DNA of 64,000 nt from Candidatus Cloacimonadales bacterium (GCA_963667035.1 OY762964.1:736001-800000), one strand, 5' to 3'; counted from the first letter of the stretch, positions 11,168 to 22,070 are shown. A program made the numbers and translations. Notes: generated by a model not told the origin, from the sequence alone.

Positions 11168-12325
11168 ATGAAAATACTAATGGTGCTTGAAAGTAGTTTC
11201 CCACCTGATTTAAGAGTTGAGAATGAGATTGATGCTCTTCATGAAGCCGGGCATGAGATTCACTTAGCATGTCGAGAGTTAGTAAACTGTACAAATACAA
11301 AATCATATCCCGGTGTCCTGATACATCGAAAAAAGATGTCTGATTTAGTCTACAAAAGCTCAGTAGGATGTTTAAAGATATCTTTATACTTTAATTGGTG
11401 GAAGAAATATTTAAGAGAGATACTAGATAAAGAGAGTTTTGATGCAGTACATCTTCATGATCTAACTCTTAGTGAAGTAATAATCGGACTTAGAAGAGAT
11501 TATGCCTTTAAATTTGTTCTTGATTTACATGAAAATTATCCGGTACTGTTAATGCTCTCGGAACATGTAAGACGTTTCCCTGCAAACATACTCTTTGATT
11601 TTAAGCAATGGCAATCTTATGAAAGGGATGCAGTACAAGCTGCAGATCAAGTTATTGTTGTTATTGACGAGGCAAAAGAGAGAATTCTGAAACTCGGTGC
11701 AAACAAAGATAAAATAACGGTTGTTTCCAATACTTATCCTGAATATAAATTCAAGGAAATTGATAAGATTAAAGAGAATAGCTTTATAATATTCTATGGA
11801 GGTGGAATTACTATCCACAGAGGTTTACAGTATGTTGTGTCGGCAATTGGATTACTGAAAAGCAAATATCCTGATATCGTGTTTAGAATCTTTGGTAACG
11901 GAAGGTATTTGGATGATTTAAAATCCAATGCTATAAATTCAAACAATAATATTGAGTTTAAAGGTTGGGTTCCTAGCGATGAGTTGATGGATGAGCTTTC
12001 AAAAGCTGATGTGGCGATTATTCCGCATGTGAAATCGGAACATACAGATACAACCATACCGCATAAACTATTCCAGTATATGGCAAAAGGAATACCTGTA
12101 CTTACGTCTGATTGCGATCCTCTTGCCAGAATTGTTAGGGAAGAAGGTTGTGGATTTGTTTACACCTATGATGATATACAGGGACTAGCTAATAAAATTG
12201 AGAAATTATACAAAGATTATGATTTAAGAAGAGCAATGAGTGATAACGGAATATCCGGAGTAAGAGAAAAGTATCTCTGGAAGTATGATGCGGAAAAGCT
12301 AAGCAAGCTTTACAATACATTATGA
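11168..12325 (+). CDS. Glycosyltransferase family 4
   Basis: FPPDLRV, VHLHD, DLHE, and PHKLFQYMAKGIPVLTSD (GT-B/GT4 C-terminal motif). Confidence 0.88.
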   Translation: MKILMVLESSFPPDLRVENEIDALHEAGHEIHLACRELVNCTNTKSYPGVLIHRKKMSDLVYKSSVGCLKISLYFNWWKKYLREILDKESFDAVHLHDLTLSEVIIGLRRDYAFKFVLDLHENYPVLLMLSEHVRRFPANILFDFKQWQSYERDAVQAADQVIVVIDEAKERILKLGANKDKITVVSNTYPEYKFKEIDKIKENSFIIFYGGGITIHRGLQYVVSAIGLLKSKYPDIVFRIFGNGRYLDDLKSNAINSNNNIEFKGWVPSDELMDELSKADVAIIPHVKSEHTDTTIPHKLFQYMAKGIPVLTSDCDPLARIVREEGCGFVYTYDDIQGLANKIEKLYKDYDLRRAMSDNGISGVREKYLWKYDAEKLSKLYNTL

Positions 12326-13581
12326 AACTATTAAGCACTCATACTGTTGAACGTATCAGAGATGCAGGGTTCTGTATTGGATGCGGTACATGTAAACAGA
12401 TTTGTCCTGTAAATGCTATAGATATTATATATTCTAAATCGAGAGGACAATACATCCCCAAAGTTAACATTGTTAAATGTACTCGATGTGGATTATGCCT
12501 TAACATATGTCCGGGAGATGATTTAAACCATAAAGAGTTATCACAGTTTGTACATAAAAAACAACCGAGTAACCCATATATTGGTGCATACGAGAAGATT
12601 TATATAGCTTCATCACAAGATGAAGAAATAAGATCGGACGGTGCTTCCGGTGGATTTGTGACACAGTTATTGACTAATCTACTTAATACTAGAGCAGTTG
12701 ATGCTGTACTGGTAGCTGGTATGGAGACAGGCAATCTGAATCAAGCACATATGTATCTTGTTAAAAAAGTGGAAGATTTACCCAAATATCAGAGATCGGT
12801 TTATACAAATGTACATTGGGCTAATCATCTAAGTGAGATTCAAAAGCTTAAATTAAGAACTGCTGTTGTTGCTTTACCTTGTCACCTTCATGCAATGAAC
12901 AAATTCATGCAAATCAAACCTGAGTTAAGAGAATATATCAGATATACAATTGGTTTATTTTGCGGTGGTACATATAAGGGTAATACTGTTCTTGCAAAGC
13001 TTAGTGAGATGAAAATAAGACCGGAAGAGGTTTCAAAGATTGACTATCGATGGGGAGAATGGCCAGGGAAGATGAGAATCACACTAAAAAATGGAGAATC
13101 GATTCTTACTTCAAGGGATGAAGTTTTTAAAACAGGATATTTGAAACGATGTTACTTTTGTTTTGACTTTCTTGCTGATCTCGCAGATGTATCAGTAGGT
13201 GATAACTGGAGTAGAGATACAGAAGGAAGTGAGAATGTAGTTATTGTTAGACAAACAAAGATTCTTCCTTATCTTGATTACTTGAATCTCAAAGAAATTG
13301 ATGAGAACAAGGTTGTTAAATCTCATAACCTTATGAGTTATAGACAGAGATTCATAAAAGCGAATACTAGAGTAAGTAGTTTTTTTAGACAACCTACTCC
13401 CAAGATTGTACCTTACAACGGAATCAAGACTAGATTTAAGCATTATATTAATGCTTTGTTAGAGTATTGTACCTTTAATATGAATGATGTTTCTATGAAT
13501 ACGAGAAAGAGATTTCTTAAACTTAAAGGAATTTATTTTCATTTTATTATGAAACCGGAATCTGATAGAAAGAAGAAATGA
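12322..13581 (+). CDS. 4Fe-4S dicluster protein, coenzyme F420 hydrogenase/dehydrogenase beta-subunit (FrhB-like) family
   Basis: CIGCGTCKQICP and CTRCGLCLNICP ferredoxin motifs, plus ASGGFVT, LPCH, IGLFC, RCYFCFD and ADVSVGDNW. Confidence 0.85.
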   Translation: MKLLSTHTVERIRDAGFCIGCGTCKQICPVNAIDIIYSKSRGQYIPKVNIVKCTRCGLCLNICPGDDLNHKELSQFVHKKQPSNPYIGAYEKIYIASSQDEEIRSDGASGGFVTQLLTNLLNTRAVDAVLVAGMETGNLNQAHMYLVKKVEDLPKYQRSVYTNVHWANHLSEIQKLKLRTAVVALPCHLHAMNKFMQIKPELREYIRYTIGLFCGGTYKGNTVLAKLSEMKIRPEEVSKIDYRWGEWPGKMRITLKNGESILTSRDEVFKTGYLKRCYFCFDFLADLADVSVGDNWSRDTEGSENVVIVRQTKILPYLDYLNLKEIDENKVVKSHNLMSYRQRFIKANTRVSSFFRQPTPKIVPYNGIKTRFKHYINALLEYCTFNMNDVSMNTRKRFLKLKGIYFHFIMKPESDRKKK

Positions 13582-14783
13582 GTTATAAGCAAGTAATTAT
13601 TACAGAAGCGGATGTTATTGGCAACAAAGGTGCAGTTGCTATGGTTAATTGTATTGTCAGAGATTTGAGAAAAGTCATTCCGGATATCAAGATATATGTT
13701 ACTTCAAAGTATGTTAAAGAAGGCAAATATACTCTTTCAAATGGGGAGGAAGTTGAGATTCTAACTGACCATCAAAACGAGTTTGATGTTGCTTTAATCA
13801 AGACTTGGATTCGTTTTGTATTGACTCTGTTCGGAATCAAGAAGAAGCTTTTTCAAAACGATAAAGTACTTAATGTTTATGGTAATTGTGACTTAGCGAT
13901 TAGTACATCCGGAATTAGTTTTATTGATAACTTCGGGATTATAAAACTATATCATTACAGCAAATTCTTACAGATACCGGTATTAAACGGAGTGTCTGTC
14001 GTAAAGTTTACGCAATCTATAGGACCTTTTAAATCCAAATATAATAAAGCAATGGCTTCACTACTGTTTCCTCACCTTAAATTGATTATGGCTCGAGGTA
14101 GGCATACCTATGAGAACCTTCATGAGCTTGGAATTACTGAGAATGTGGAAGTATTCCCTGATATTGCAGTTACTCTAGATAAGAAGCAGTCTGATTATGT
14201 AGATAGTATTATTGAAAAGCACAAAGATAGAAGAATAATCGGTGTCTCTCCTAATGAAGTGTGTTTCAGATTGGATGAGAAGAAAATCTACTTACCTAAA
14301 CTTGTGGAGCTGATTCGTAATATTATTAAGTCAGAGCCGGAAACAGTAATCCTCCTCATTCCGCATACTATAGCTAAAAAAGGGCTTGGTAATAAAGATG
14401 ATTTCTGGCTATGTAATCAAATTGTAAATAGACTTATTGAGTATAAACAAATAGAAATAATAGAAACTTTGGAGATGGAAACAGAAGAAGTGAAATACCT
14501 TATCGGTAAGTGTGATTTCTTTATTGGATCACGTTTTCATTCTCTTATTGCTGCAACATCATGTGATATCCCAACATTAGCAATCGGATGGCATTGGAAA
14601 TATGAAGAGATGATGGAGTGGATAGGTGTTAAAGGTAATCTTCTACAGTATTGGGAGTTAAATGTAGCCGACTTGTTCAAGATGTATCAAGAAATAAGAG
14701 TAAAAGGACGCTTGAATAGAAAAGAGGATTTGACTATAAAAGCATCAGGAGCAGTTAAGAGATTAATAGAACTTATAGAATAA
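13578..14783 (+). CDS. Polysaccharide pyruvyl transferase family protein (WcaK-like)
   Basis: GNKGAVAM, QSIGPF, MARG, FPDIA, CDFFIGSRFHSLIAA. Confidence 0.87.
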   Translation: MSYKQVIITEADVIGNKGAVAMVNCIVRDLRKVIPDIKIYVTSKYVKEGKYTLSNGEEVEILTDHQNEFDVALIKTWIRFVLTLFGIKKKLFQNDKVLNVYGNCDLAISTSGISFIDNFGIIKLYHYSKFLQIPVLNGVSVVKFTQSIGPFKSKYNKAMASLLFPHLKLIMARGRHTYENLHELGITENVEVFPDIAVTLDKKQSDYVDSIIEKHKDRRIIGVSPNEVCFRLDEKKIYLPKLVELIRNIIKSEPETVILLIPHTIAKKGLGNKDDFWLCNQIVNRLIEYKQIEIIETLEMETEEVKYLIGKCDFFIGSRFHSLIAATSCDIPTLAIGWHWKYEEMMEWIGVKGNLLQYWELNVADLFKMYQEIRVKGRLNRKEDLTIKASGAVKRLIELIE

Positions 14784-15007
14784 TACTGGTGATAGACTTT
14801 GGGATATTAAATCGGGATTATGTTAGCACTTCTATAAATATATAAACGGAAAAAAAGACTTGATAAATAATTTCATAATAATTAGGTAAACTCAATAAGA
14901 GCAAAGGAATAAAATGAATAAGATTCTTTACGGATTTAAAAAATTCAGATATCTGTTATTGATTAAAGTGAGTATACTGATTTTAAATAGCTTTAATAAG
15001 AGAGTGA

Positions 15008-15766
15008 ATGAGAAAATTATATTATAAATTTGTAGATAAGTGGATTATACCTGTTTTTAATATATTACTTACTGCTAAGTTGAGAAAGCTAAATAAGTAT
15101 GTTAAGGGTAATGTTCTCGACATTGGATGTGGAGAAAAACCTTATGCAAAGCTTTTTAACATGGCAGATAAGATAATAGGCACAAACTCTTCAGACTACT
15201 ATAATGATTTGGATTTAATACCCTCAGAGACGGATGTCATTTGTAATGATGGAGCTAATCTGCCATTTGAAAATGGTGAGTTTGATACTGTACTTAATTT
15301 TCAAGTACTTCCCGTTTTCGAGGATATGAACGCTTTCTTTTCTGAGATTCAAAGAGTATTAAAACCGGAGGGAGTGTTAGTCCTTTCTTCAGATTTTCTA
15401 TACCCGATATGGAATGCTCCTAACAATTATTGGCGAACAACTGAATATGGCTTAGATTCATTAGCTAGAGATAACGGTTTTGATGTAATTACTATAGAAC
15501 CTTTAGGTGGCTATTATGCAATGAAAGCAAGGTTGCAGAGGAGATTTCTTAGAACCAAAATGGCAAGTTCAGTAAACCGATTCAAAAAAGCTAAAGGTTT
15601 CATGAAACTGGCATTGCTAATGGAAGTTTTACTGGTAACCTTAAGGTCTTTTTTTGCTCCAATATGGTTAAATCTCTATATCACTATCATGTTGTTTTTT
15701 GATAAGATTGAATATGATTCCGAGTTTACAACCGGATATGTTCTAGTGGCACGTAAAAAATGCTGA
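15008..15766 (+). CDS. Class I SAM-dependent methyltransferase
   Basis: VLDIGCGEKPY, LPFENGEFD, RVLKPEG. Confidence 0.88.
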   Translation: MRKLYYKFVDKWIIPVFNILLTAKLRKLNKYVKGNVLDIGCGEKPYAKLFNMADKIIGTNSSDYYNDLDLIPSETDVICNDGANLPFENGEFDTVLNFQVLPVFEDMNAFFSEIQRVLKPEGVLVLSSDFLYPIWNAPNNYWRTTEYGLDSLARDNGFDVITIEPLGGYYAMKARLQRRFLRTKMASSVNRFKKAKGFMKLALLMEVLLVTLRSFFAPIWLNLYITIMLFFDKIEYDSEFTTGYVLVARKKC

Positions 15767-16731
15767 CAATAATACCAACTATTGATGTTGAAGCTATACG
15801 CTCACTCACCAGATTAGGTGATTTTGATAAACTTATTCTCGGTAATATCGGGAATGAATACTTTGGTGTTCCGAGGATACTTGAAGTATTCTCGGAATAT
15901 AATATTACAGGTAGCTTTTTTGTAGATTTTGCAGAGATTGGTCACACAGATAATCAATTTATAGAACTAAACAATCTTATTCTAAGTCAAGATAGTGACA
16001 TACAATTACATATCCATCCACAATTTTGTGCTGATAAATCACGACCATTACTAAGGCAGTACTCATTGGAAGAGCAAACTTCAATATTTAAATGTGCAAT
16101 AGATAATATGAAGCTAACAACCGACTCTTATCCCAAAGCTTTCAGAGCGGGAGGGTATGGAGCTGATAATAACACTCTTCTTGTTATGAAGCAATACGGA
16201 ATAAACTTGGACTCTTCATTTTTCCCTAATCATATAAATTGTGGGATATCAGGGAGGAGTGTAAATTCTATAACTCATGATGGAGGAATTACTGAGTTCC
16301 CTGTTACTGTTTTTGAGAATCGAATCGGATATACTCTCGGGTCAAAAGTGCTACATAAAGGTTCGCTTCTAAAAAAACTTGATATTGATAGCTGCTCAAT
16401 AGAGGAATTAACAAAAGCTATAGATGTTTTAGCTGAATCAGGATTACAATATGTATGCTTGTTTTTACACAGCTATTCTTTGATAAAATGGAATCCAACT
16501 TACACTCAATACTATCCTGACAATAATGATATTGATAAGCTTAATGTGTTTATTAAGTATTGCAAAAGTAAGGGACATAGATTTTCGAATATAACAGATG
16601 AATATGAAAACTTGTTAAAAGCTGAATCAATTGTCGAAGGAATACCTTTAATTGATACAAGAAGAAAGTTAACTCAATCTGCCCATAAGTTGTTAAAGAG
16701 TAGACTTAGAAGTTATTTAAGAGGTAAGTAG
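15760..16731 (+). CDS. Polysaccharide deacetylase family protein (CE4-like)
   Basis: TIDVE, QLHIHP, FRAGGY, DSS, FLHSY. Confidence 0.8.
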   Translation: MLTIIPTIDVEAIRSLTRLGDFDKLILGNIGNEYFGVPRILEVFSEYNITGSFFVDFAEIGHTDNQFIELNNLILSQDSDIQLHIHPQFCADKSRPLLRQYSLEEQTSIFKCAIDNMKLTTDSYPKAFRAGGYGADNNTLLVMKQYGINLDSSFFPNHINCGISGRSVNSITHDGGITEFPVTVFENRIGYTLGSKVLHKGSLLKKLDIDSCSIEELTKAIDVLAESGLQYVCLFLHSYSLIKWNPTYTQYYPDNNDIDKLNVFIKYCKSKGHRFSNITDEYENLLKAESIVEGIPLIDTRRKLTQSAHKLLKSRLRSYLRGK

Positions 16732-16734
16732 TAA

Positions 16735-18045
16735 TTATTCTCCCGAAAGAGCTTTATTAACGGTTTTTCTTAAATCCGGAACAGTAAAAGGCTTATGTAG
16801 GAAATAGTGTTCTTTGTCTATGATCCTTTCCACTTGCATTTTATCTTCAGTGTAACCGCTAATCAGTATAAACGGGATTGTCATTCCTTCATCAATCAGA
16901 GATTTCACGAATTCCGGTCCATTGCCATCAGGAAGAATGATATCTGATACAATCAAATCAAGTTCCTCTTTTCGTTCTTGATATACAGCTTTAGCTTCTT
17001 CTATATCATAAACACTATAGACATTAATTCCTTCATTGACAATTACATCATGGATAAGTCTGTTTACCATGGCATCATCTTCAAGAACAAGTACACTTTT
17101 ACCTGAGTTTGAGTATGTTTCTTCCTCTATTGGAGCTTCAGTAATTACTTCCAACTCCAGGTCGGAAGCAGGTAGGTAAATATAGAATGTAGTTCCAATT
17201 CCAAGTTTGGAATTAACATCAATGAAGCCTCCTAACTGACGAGTGATACCATATACTGTCGCAAGTCCTAATCCCGTACCTTTATCATCCGTTTTAGTTG
17301 TGAAGAAAGGATCGAAAATATCTTTAATAATTTCTTTGGGAATTCCTTCTCCTTCGTCTTGTACAGACAGTCTTAAGTAAGTTTTATTTTCAGCTTCCGT
17401 AATTCTTGAGATAGTTGTACTATCGGGTATAACATCCTCAATTTTAATACTGATACTTCCACCGAAAAGCATGGCATCTCTGGCATTAACTGTCAGATTC
17501 ATCAATATCTCTTCTATCAACACTTCATCAGCAAGAATCTTACTACATCTTGGATTAAAATTTACATTCAGATGAATGTTTTCTCCAATGACTCGTTCAA
17601 GCATTTTCTTCATTGGCTTAATAACGGCATTTACATCAACAGGTTTCAGTTCTGTTTCTTTTTTACGAGAGAAAACAAGCAATTGTCTTGCTAAAGAAGC
17701 ACCTTTTTCTCCTGCAATAATCACAGTTTGCAAATTCTTAACAACATCGGGGTACTGTGAGAACTTATGTAGCATCAACTCTGATTGCCCATTAATTACT
17801 TGAAGTACATTGTTAAAGTCATGAGCTATACCGATAGCTAATCTTCCCAGAATTTCTAGTTTTCTTGCCTGTTGAGCATCGGAAGCTTCCGGAATCTTTA
17901 AGTCCGGCTCCGAACCCATCTGACCGGTAAGCTTGATAATCTTATCGGAAAGCTCAATGTTGGCTTTTTTCATTTTAGAAAGTGCGTAAAGAAGTGCGAT
18001 ATCAATTAATACTAATGCAATACAGATAGCAATATAAGCATCCAT
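16735..18045 (-). CDS. Hybrid sensor histidine kinase/response regulator (CckA-like core)
   Basis: H-box GIAHDFNN, N-box NLTVNARDAM, DPFFTTK, GTGLGL, and a C-terminal receiver domain (LVLEDD, SDIILP, LHKPF). Confidence 0.93.
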   Translation of the reverse strand: MDAYIAICIALVLIDIALLYALSKMKKANIELSDKIIKLTGQMGSEPDLKIPEASDAQQARKLEILGRLAIGIAHDFNNVLQVINGQSELMLHKFSQYPDVVKNLQTVIIAGEKGASLARQLLVFSRKKETELKPVDVNAVIKPMKKMLERVIGENIHLNVNFNPRCSKILADEVLIEEILMNLTVNARDAMLFGGSISIKIEDVIPDSTTISRITEAENKTYLRLSVQDEGEGIPKEIIKDIFDPFFTTKTDDKGTGLGLATVYGITRQLGGFIDVNSKLGIGTTFYIYLPASDLELEVITEAPIEEETYSNSGKSVLVLEDDAMVNRLIHDVIVNEGINVYSVYDIEEAKAVYQERKEELDLIVSDIILPDGNGPEFVKSLIDEGMTIPFILISGYTEDKMQVERIIDKEHYFLHKPFTVPDLRKTVNKALSGE

Positions 18046-18218
18046 TTAGACCCCTGAATATGTTTATTAGTTAATGATGCCATAGTATATACGGGAAAAT
18101 ATATCAGCAAGTTTTTTCCTGTATTTTTTAATACTCTTTCAAGTATTTTGTTTAAATCATGCAAACTTATTATGCGTTATAAAGTAAGCCTACTGATATA
18201 AGTAGGCTTCAGACTGTT

Positions 18219-18259
18219 GACAAAGCTATGAGTAAGATTTCATAGCTTTGTCTTTTTTT
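18219..18259 (+). terminator. Terminator-like hairpin just inside the IS left end (also in copy 2)
   Basis: GACAAAGCTATG-N10-CATAGCTTTGTC followed by a T tract. Confidence 0.65.
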
Positions 18260-18329
18260 AGCTTAAAATAAGAACATCAATCATTGACAGATTTCTCCAA
18301 ATATTATACTTAAACCATCATAATTAGAG

Positions 18330-19808
18330 GTGGTTATGCTTAAAAAAGTTTCTGACACACAGTCCCAAATGGAGTTTGTAATAATAGATGATTTAGTACC
18401 GGTAGATCACATACTAAGGAAAATCGATAGCGTAATAGATTTTTCATTCATTTTAGATAGAACAGCGCATTTGTATTGTTCTACTACCGGTCGTCCTCCA
18501 ATTCATCCTATTACTCTTTTCAAAATGCTTTTTATTGGCTATCTATTCGGTATTCGCTCGGAAAGACAATTGGTCAAAGAGATTGAGGTCAATGTGGCTT
18601 ATCGTTGGTTCTTAGGCTTTGGACTAACTGATAAAGTACCTCATCACTCAGTCTTCAGTCAAAATCGTAGAAGGCGATTTAATGATAGCAGCGTATTCGA
18701 AGAGATTTTTATAGATATAGTGAAGTTAGGCATTAAACATGGATTAGTTGATGGGAAGATACTTTATAGCGACTCAACCCATCTAAAGGCAAATGCTAAT
18801 AAAGGTAAATTCGAGGATATTGAAGTTGAGGTATCCTCCAAGAGTTACTTGGAAGATCTTAACACAAGCGTTGATGAAGATCGGAAGGCTCATGGTAAGA
18901 AACCTTTACCTCCTAAGGATAACAATCTTAAAGGAGGAGCATCACCTAAAGTAAAAAATATCAAGTCTAGCACAACAGATCCCGATAGTGGTTTTATGAC
19001 CCGTGATAGAAAGCCTCAAGGCTTCTTCTACTTAGATCATAGGACAGTCGACCATAAAACGAACTATATAACCGATGTTCACATTACTCCCGGCAATGTA
19101 AATGATAGCACCTGCTATATTGACAGGTTACAGTTCCAACAAAAGGTTTATGGTTTTAATGTTCAGGCAGTAGGGCTTGATTCAGGATATGATACAATTA
19201 ACATTTGTAAGCAACTGGTAGATATGAATATTATGGGAGTCCTTGGCTACAAAAGACAGGGAGGTAAGAAAGGTCTATTTAAAAAGAACAAATTTACATA
19301 TAATTCCCGGAAGGATGTTTACATTTGTCCATGTAATAAAGAGTTAAATTATAGAACAACGAGCCGTGATGGCTATAAAGAATACAAGTCGAATCCTAGT
19401 GAATGCAAGAATTGTCCAATGCTAAGTAAATGTACAGAAAGTAAGTCTTCTCAAAAAGTAATCACTCGTCATGTCTGGGAAGAGAGCAAAGAGATAATCC
19501 ACAAGAATAGGTTAACATTATGTGGGAAAGAGATATACAAGAGGAGAAAAGAAACCATTGAGAGAAGCTTTGCCAATGCAAAGCAACTTCATGGCTACCG
19601 ATATGCAAAATATCGAGGAATAGAGCGAGTTCGAGAACAAGCTTATCTAACAGCTATCGTGCAAAATATCAAGAAACTCGTAAAATACCTTTTCAAAGGT
19701 AAATTAGGGAAATTAATAGCAAAATTTATCATCAATTACATGATTTTCAACTCCAATTTACACGAAAATAGAGCTAAATCTCGCATGTTTAGGTTTGGAC
19801 TCAGTTAA
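18330..19808 (+). CDS. IS1182-family DDE transposase
   Basis: N-terminal DDLVPVDHILR...GRPPIHP...GIRSER; DDE motifs DSTHLKANA, LDSGY and RRKETIERSF; Cys-rich insertion. Confidence 0.93.
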   Translation: MVMLKKVSDTQSQMEFVIIDDLVPVDHILRKIDSVIDFSFILDRTAHLYCSTTGRPPIHPITLFKMLFIGYLFGIRSERQLVKEIEVNVAYRWFLGFGLTDKVPHHSVFSQNRRRRFNDSSVFEEIFIDIVKLGIKHGLVDGKILYSDSTHLKANANKGKFEDIEVEVSSKSYLEDLNTSVDEDRKAHGKKPLPPKDNNLKGGASPKVKNIKSSTTDPDSGFMTRDRKPQGFFYLDHRTVDHKTNYITDVHITPGNVNDSTCYIDRLQFQQKVYGFNVQAVGLDSGYDTINICKQLVDMNIMGVLGYKRQGGKKGLFKKNKFTYNSRKDVYICPCNKELNYRTTSRDGYKEYKSNPSECKNCPMLSKCTESKSSQKVITRHVWEESKEIIHKNRLTLCGKEIYKRRKETIERSFANAKQLHGYRYAKYRGIERVREQAYLTAIVQNIKKLVKYLFKGKLGKLIAKFIINYMIFNSNLHENRAKSRMFRFGLS

Positions 19809-19905
19809 AATGAAGAAAAATGACTTTCAACAATATATCCATGTAAATTAGAATGTTTTTGTCAACAATCTGAAGCCTACTGATATAAGTAGGCTTAAAG
19901 ATTAT

Positions 19906-21945
19906 TTATTCAACTATCAGTAGTTTCCGTATTGCTTTGTAAGAACTATTCTCCATTCTTATGAAATATAGACCTGAAGATACCCTTTTATTCCTGTCAT
20001 CAGACAAATCCCATTTTAGAGAACTTTGGTTCTTTCCATAACCGCCTCTCAGAGTTCTTATCTTTTGCCCCTTCAAATTGTAAACTTTAAACACAGGTTC
20101 GGAAGTTGAACTGTACTTGATTGTAACCGAGCTATTATTCATACTTGTAGGTGAAGGATATATTGAATCAAAAGAGTTAATGGCAACTACCTGAATCTCC
20201 TCGTTTGTACCGGTTGAAGTTACAGTAAAATTATACCATCTATCTTCTGGATAGTATGATGTATTAGTACCGTCTTCAGCAACAATTCTATAACTTACGG
20301 TGAATGTACCTGTGTGTTCATGATTAAACTCCGCCAGATAAGTATTGTCCCCTTGGTCATTCAATGTAAGAGTTTCTGTAATGCCGTCAATTTCATACTC
20401 CATGTACACTGTGTTTACCATGTAATTGTCAGTAACATCTGCGACTATTTCAAGAGGTAAAGCAGTATCGTTTGTAGATTCTATGGCTGTATGATTAATA
20501 ATAGGTGAGATGTTGTCTTCCGTAATTGAAAATTCATGAGGGTCAAGCATACCCATAATAGGTTGATTAACAGCTCTACCGGATTCATCTGCTGCATGAA
20601 TACAATAACTATATGTTGTGCCCGGGACAGGATTAAAAAGCTCGGAAGTATAAATGTTATTACCTGATTGGGTTAACGATAATAGCATTCTTGCTGGAAA
20701 CTCATCGTTTACTATTTCTACATATAGAGAATCTGCATATAATGCGGCACCGCTATAAGGATAAATATAAGCTTCAAAAGTAATAGGTTCGAGAGGTAAC
20801 TCGCCGTGATATGGAATATGCTCTACATAAAGCATGTCCTCATCAGCTAATTCATGAGTTCTACAATGAAGAGCGTCGGTTGATTCCCAATAGTTAGAAG
20901 TAGTATTAATTACCCCGTTTATTTCGTAACCGGGCATAGCATTTTGATATACCTGTAAAGCTGCATTATCATCAGAACTACCTGTAATTGGCACAAATAC
21001 TCTATTGTTCAGTATTAATGAGTTAGTGTATGGTTGGTTGCCGGGAGTGTTTACTCGATATACTTCATAAGGATAGCCCCATGCACAATCTTGATTGGAA
21101 AAATAGTTTGCAACTGCTTCTATCTCATCATATTGGGCATGATACTGAGGTACACTTCTTATCAACACTTTATCAGGAGCTAGAAATTTTCCCCAGCAAT
21201 CGATATGGTCTATATAGGTATTATTAGGATCATCTACTACATGATAGTTTGTAATACCTAAATATTGTTCCATAAGGGTATTAACATTTTGTTGATTGTT
21301 TCCGTTCTCTTCATATACTAGGTCACTTTGAGCAGCTCCGCCAAGTCCATCACACATGTAGTTTCCACCTGTTTGAACCAAGTCCATTCCATACAGGTTC
21401 AATCCATAAGTATTAGCAAATGTTATAGCGACTTCATCATCTTGATACCTTGGTCTGTTATAAACAAAATCTACAACTCCCAATTCGTCGTTACCATCCA
21501 AAATAAACCAAGGCCCGTAATCTCTAGCCCAATATGAATCTGTGCTTGTATTCAGGTAAGTAATATTACTCATGTTAACACCGGCAGACAAGAATGCGTT
21601 GTTACAACTATTTTGTTGATAACCGGTTACTAATGTGATAACTTCAATTTCTTCGGATAACAGAGCGACAAACTCAACCGGGATCCCAAGTGGATATCTT
21701 ATCATTACCGCATCCATTTGCTCAAATTCAGCGACTGCTCTAACAGGTCCGACAGGAGGTTGGGTTTCTTGAAAATCTCGTCCGATTTCGTCAGCTCTAT
21801 CAATCTCATCCGGAGTCATCCAGATAGGCTGAGAAGTAGGGTTTACCTCAAACCAGCGTTGGGTTCTATAGTAGAGTTCTGATTTCTCAGAGTATAAGCA
21901 AGTAAGACTTATAAATAATAAGCAAACAAGTATATTTTTTTTCAT
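19906..21945 (-). CDS. Secreted agmatine/peptidylarginine deiminase family protein with C-terminal FlgD-Ig/T9SS-like domain
   Basis: Signal peptide; AVAEFE, WARDYGPW, GGN, HID, YTNSLI and ALHCRT motifs; C-terminal YNLKGQKI...SSGLYFIRM. Confidence 0.9.
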   Translation of the reverse strand: MKKNILVCLLFISLTCLYSEKSELYYRTQRWFEVNPTSQPIWMTPDEIDRADEIGRDFQETQPPVGPVRAVAEFEQMDAVMIRYPLGIPVEFVALLSEEIEVITLVTGYQQNSCNNAFLSAGVNMSNITYLNTSTDSYWARDYGPWFILDGNDELGVVDFVYNRPRYQDDEVAITFANTYGLNLYGMDLVQTGGNYMCDGLGGAAQSDLVYEENGNNQQNVNTLMEQYLGITNYHVVDDPNNTYIDHIDCWGKFLAPDKVLIRSVPQYHAQYDEIEAVANYFSNQDCAWGYPYEVYRVNTPGNQPYTNSLILNNRVFVPITGSSDDNAALQVYQNAMPGYEINGVINTTSNYWESTDALHCRTHELADEDMLYVEHIPYHGELPLEPITFEAYIYPYSGAALYADSLYVEIVNDEFPARMLLSLTQSGNNIYTSELFNPVPGTTYSYCIHAADESGRAVNQPIMGMLDPHEFSITEDNISPIINHTAIESTNDTALPLEIVADVTDNYMVNTVYMEYEIDGITETLTLNDQGDNTYLAEFNHEHTGTFTVSYRIVAEDGTNTSYYPEDRWYNFTVTSTGTNEEIQVVAINSFDSIYPSPTSMNNSSVTIKYSSTSEPVFKVYNLKGQKIRTLRGGYGKNQSSLKWDLSDDRNKRVSSGLYFIRMENSSYKAIRKLLIVE

Positions 21946-22070
21946 CGTATCTCCATGTTATATAGAGTTATATGTATTAATAACATATAAAATCCTCATA
22001 AATAACTTTACAAATCAAACTTATCATATAGTCAACCAATAATTACTCTTATTGTGAACGGATATGTTTT

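Larger units (their letters stand above)
18210..19872 (+). mobile_element. IS1182-family insertion sequence, copy 1 (1663 bp)
   Basis: Terminal IRs CAGACTGTTGACAAA / TTTGTCAACAATCTG. Flanked by the 24-bp direct repeat AAGCCTACTGATATAAGTAGGCTT (18186-18209 and 19873-19896). A second copy starts at 29846. Confidence 0.93.
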
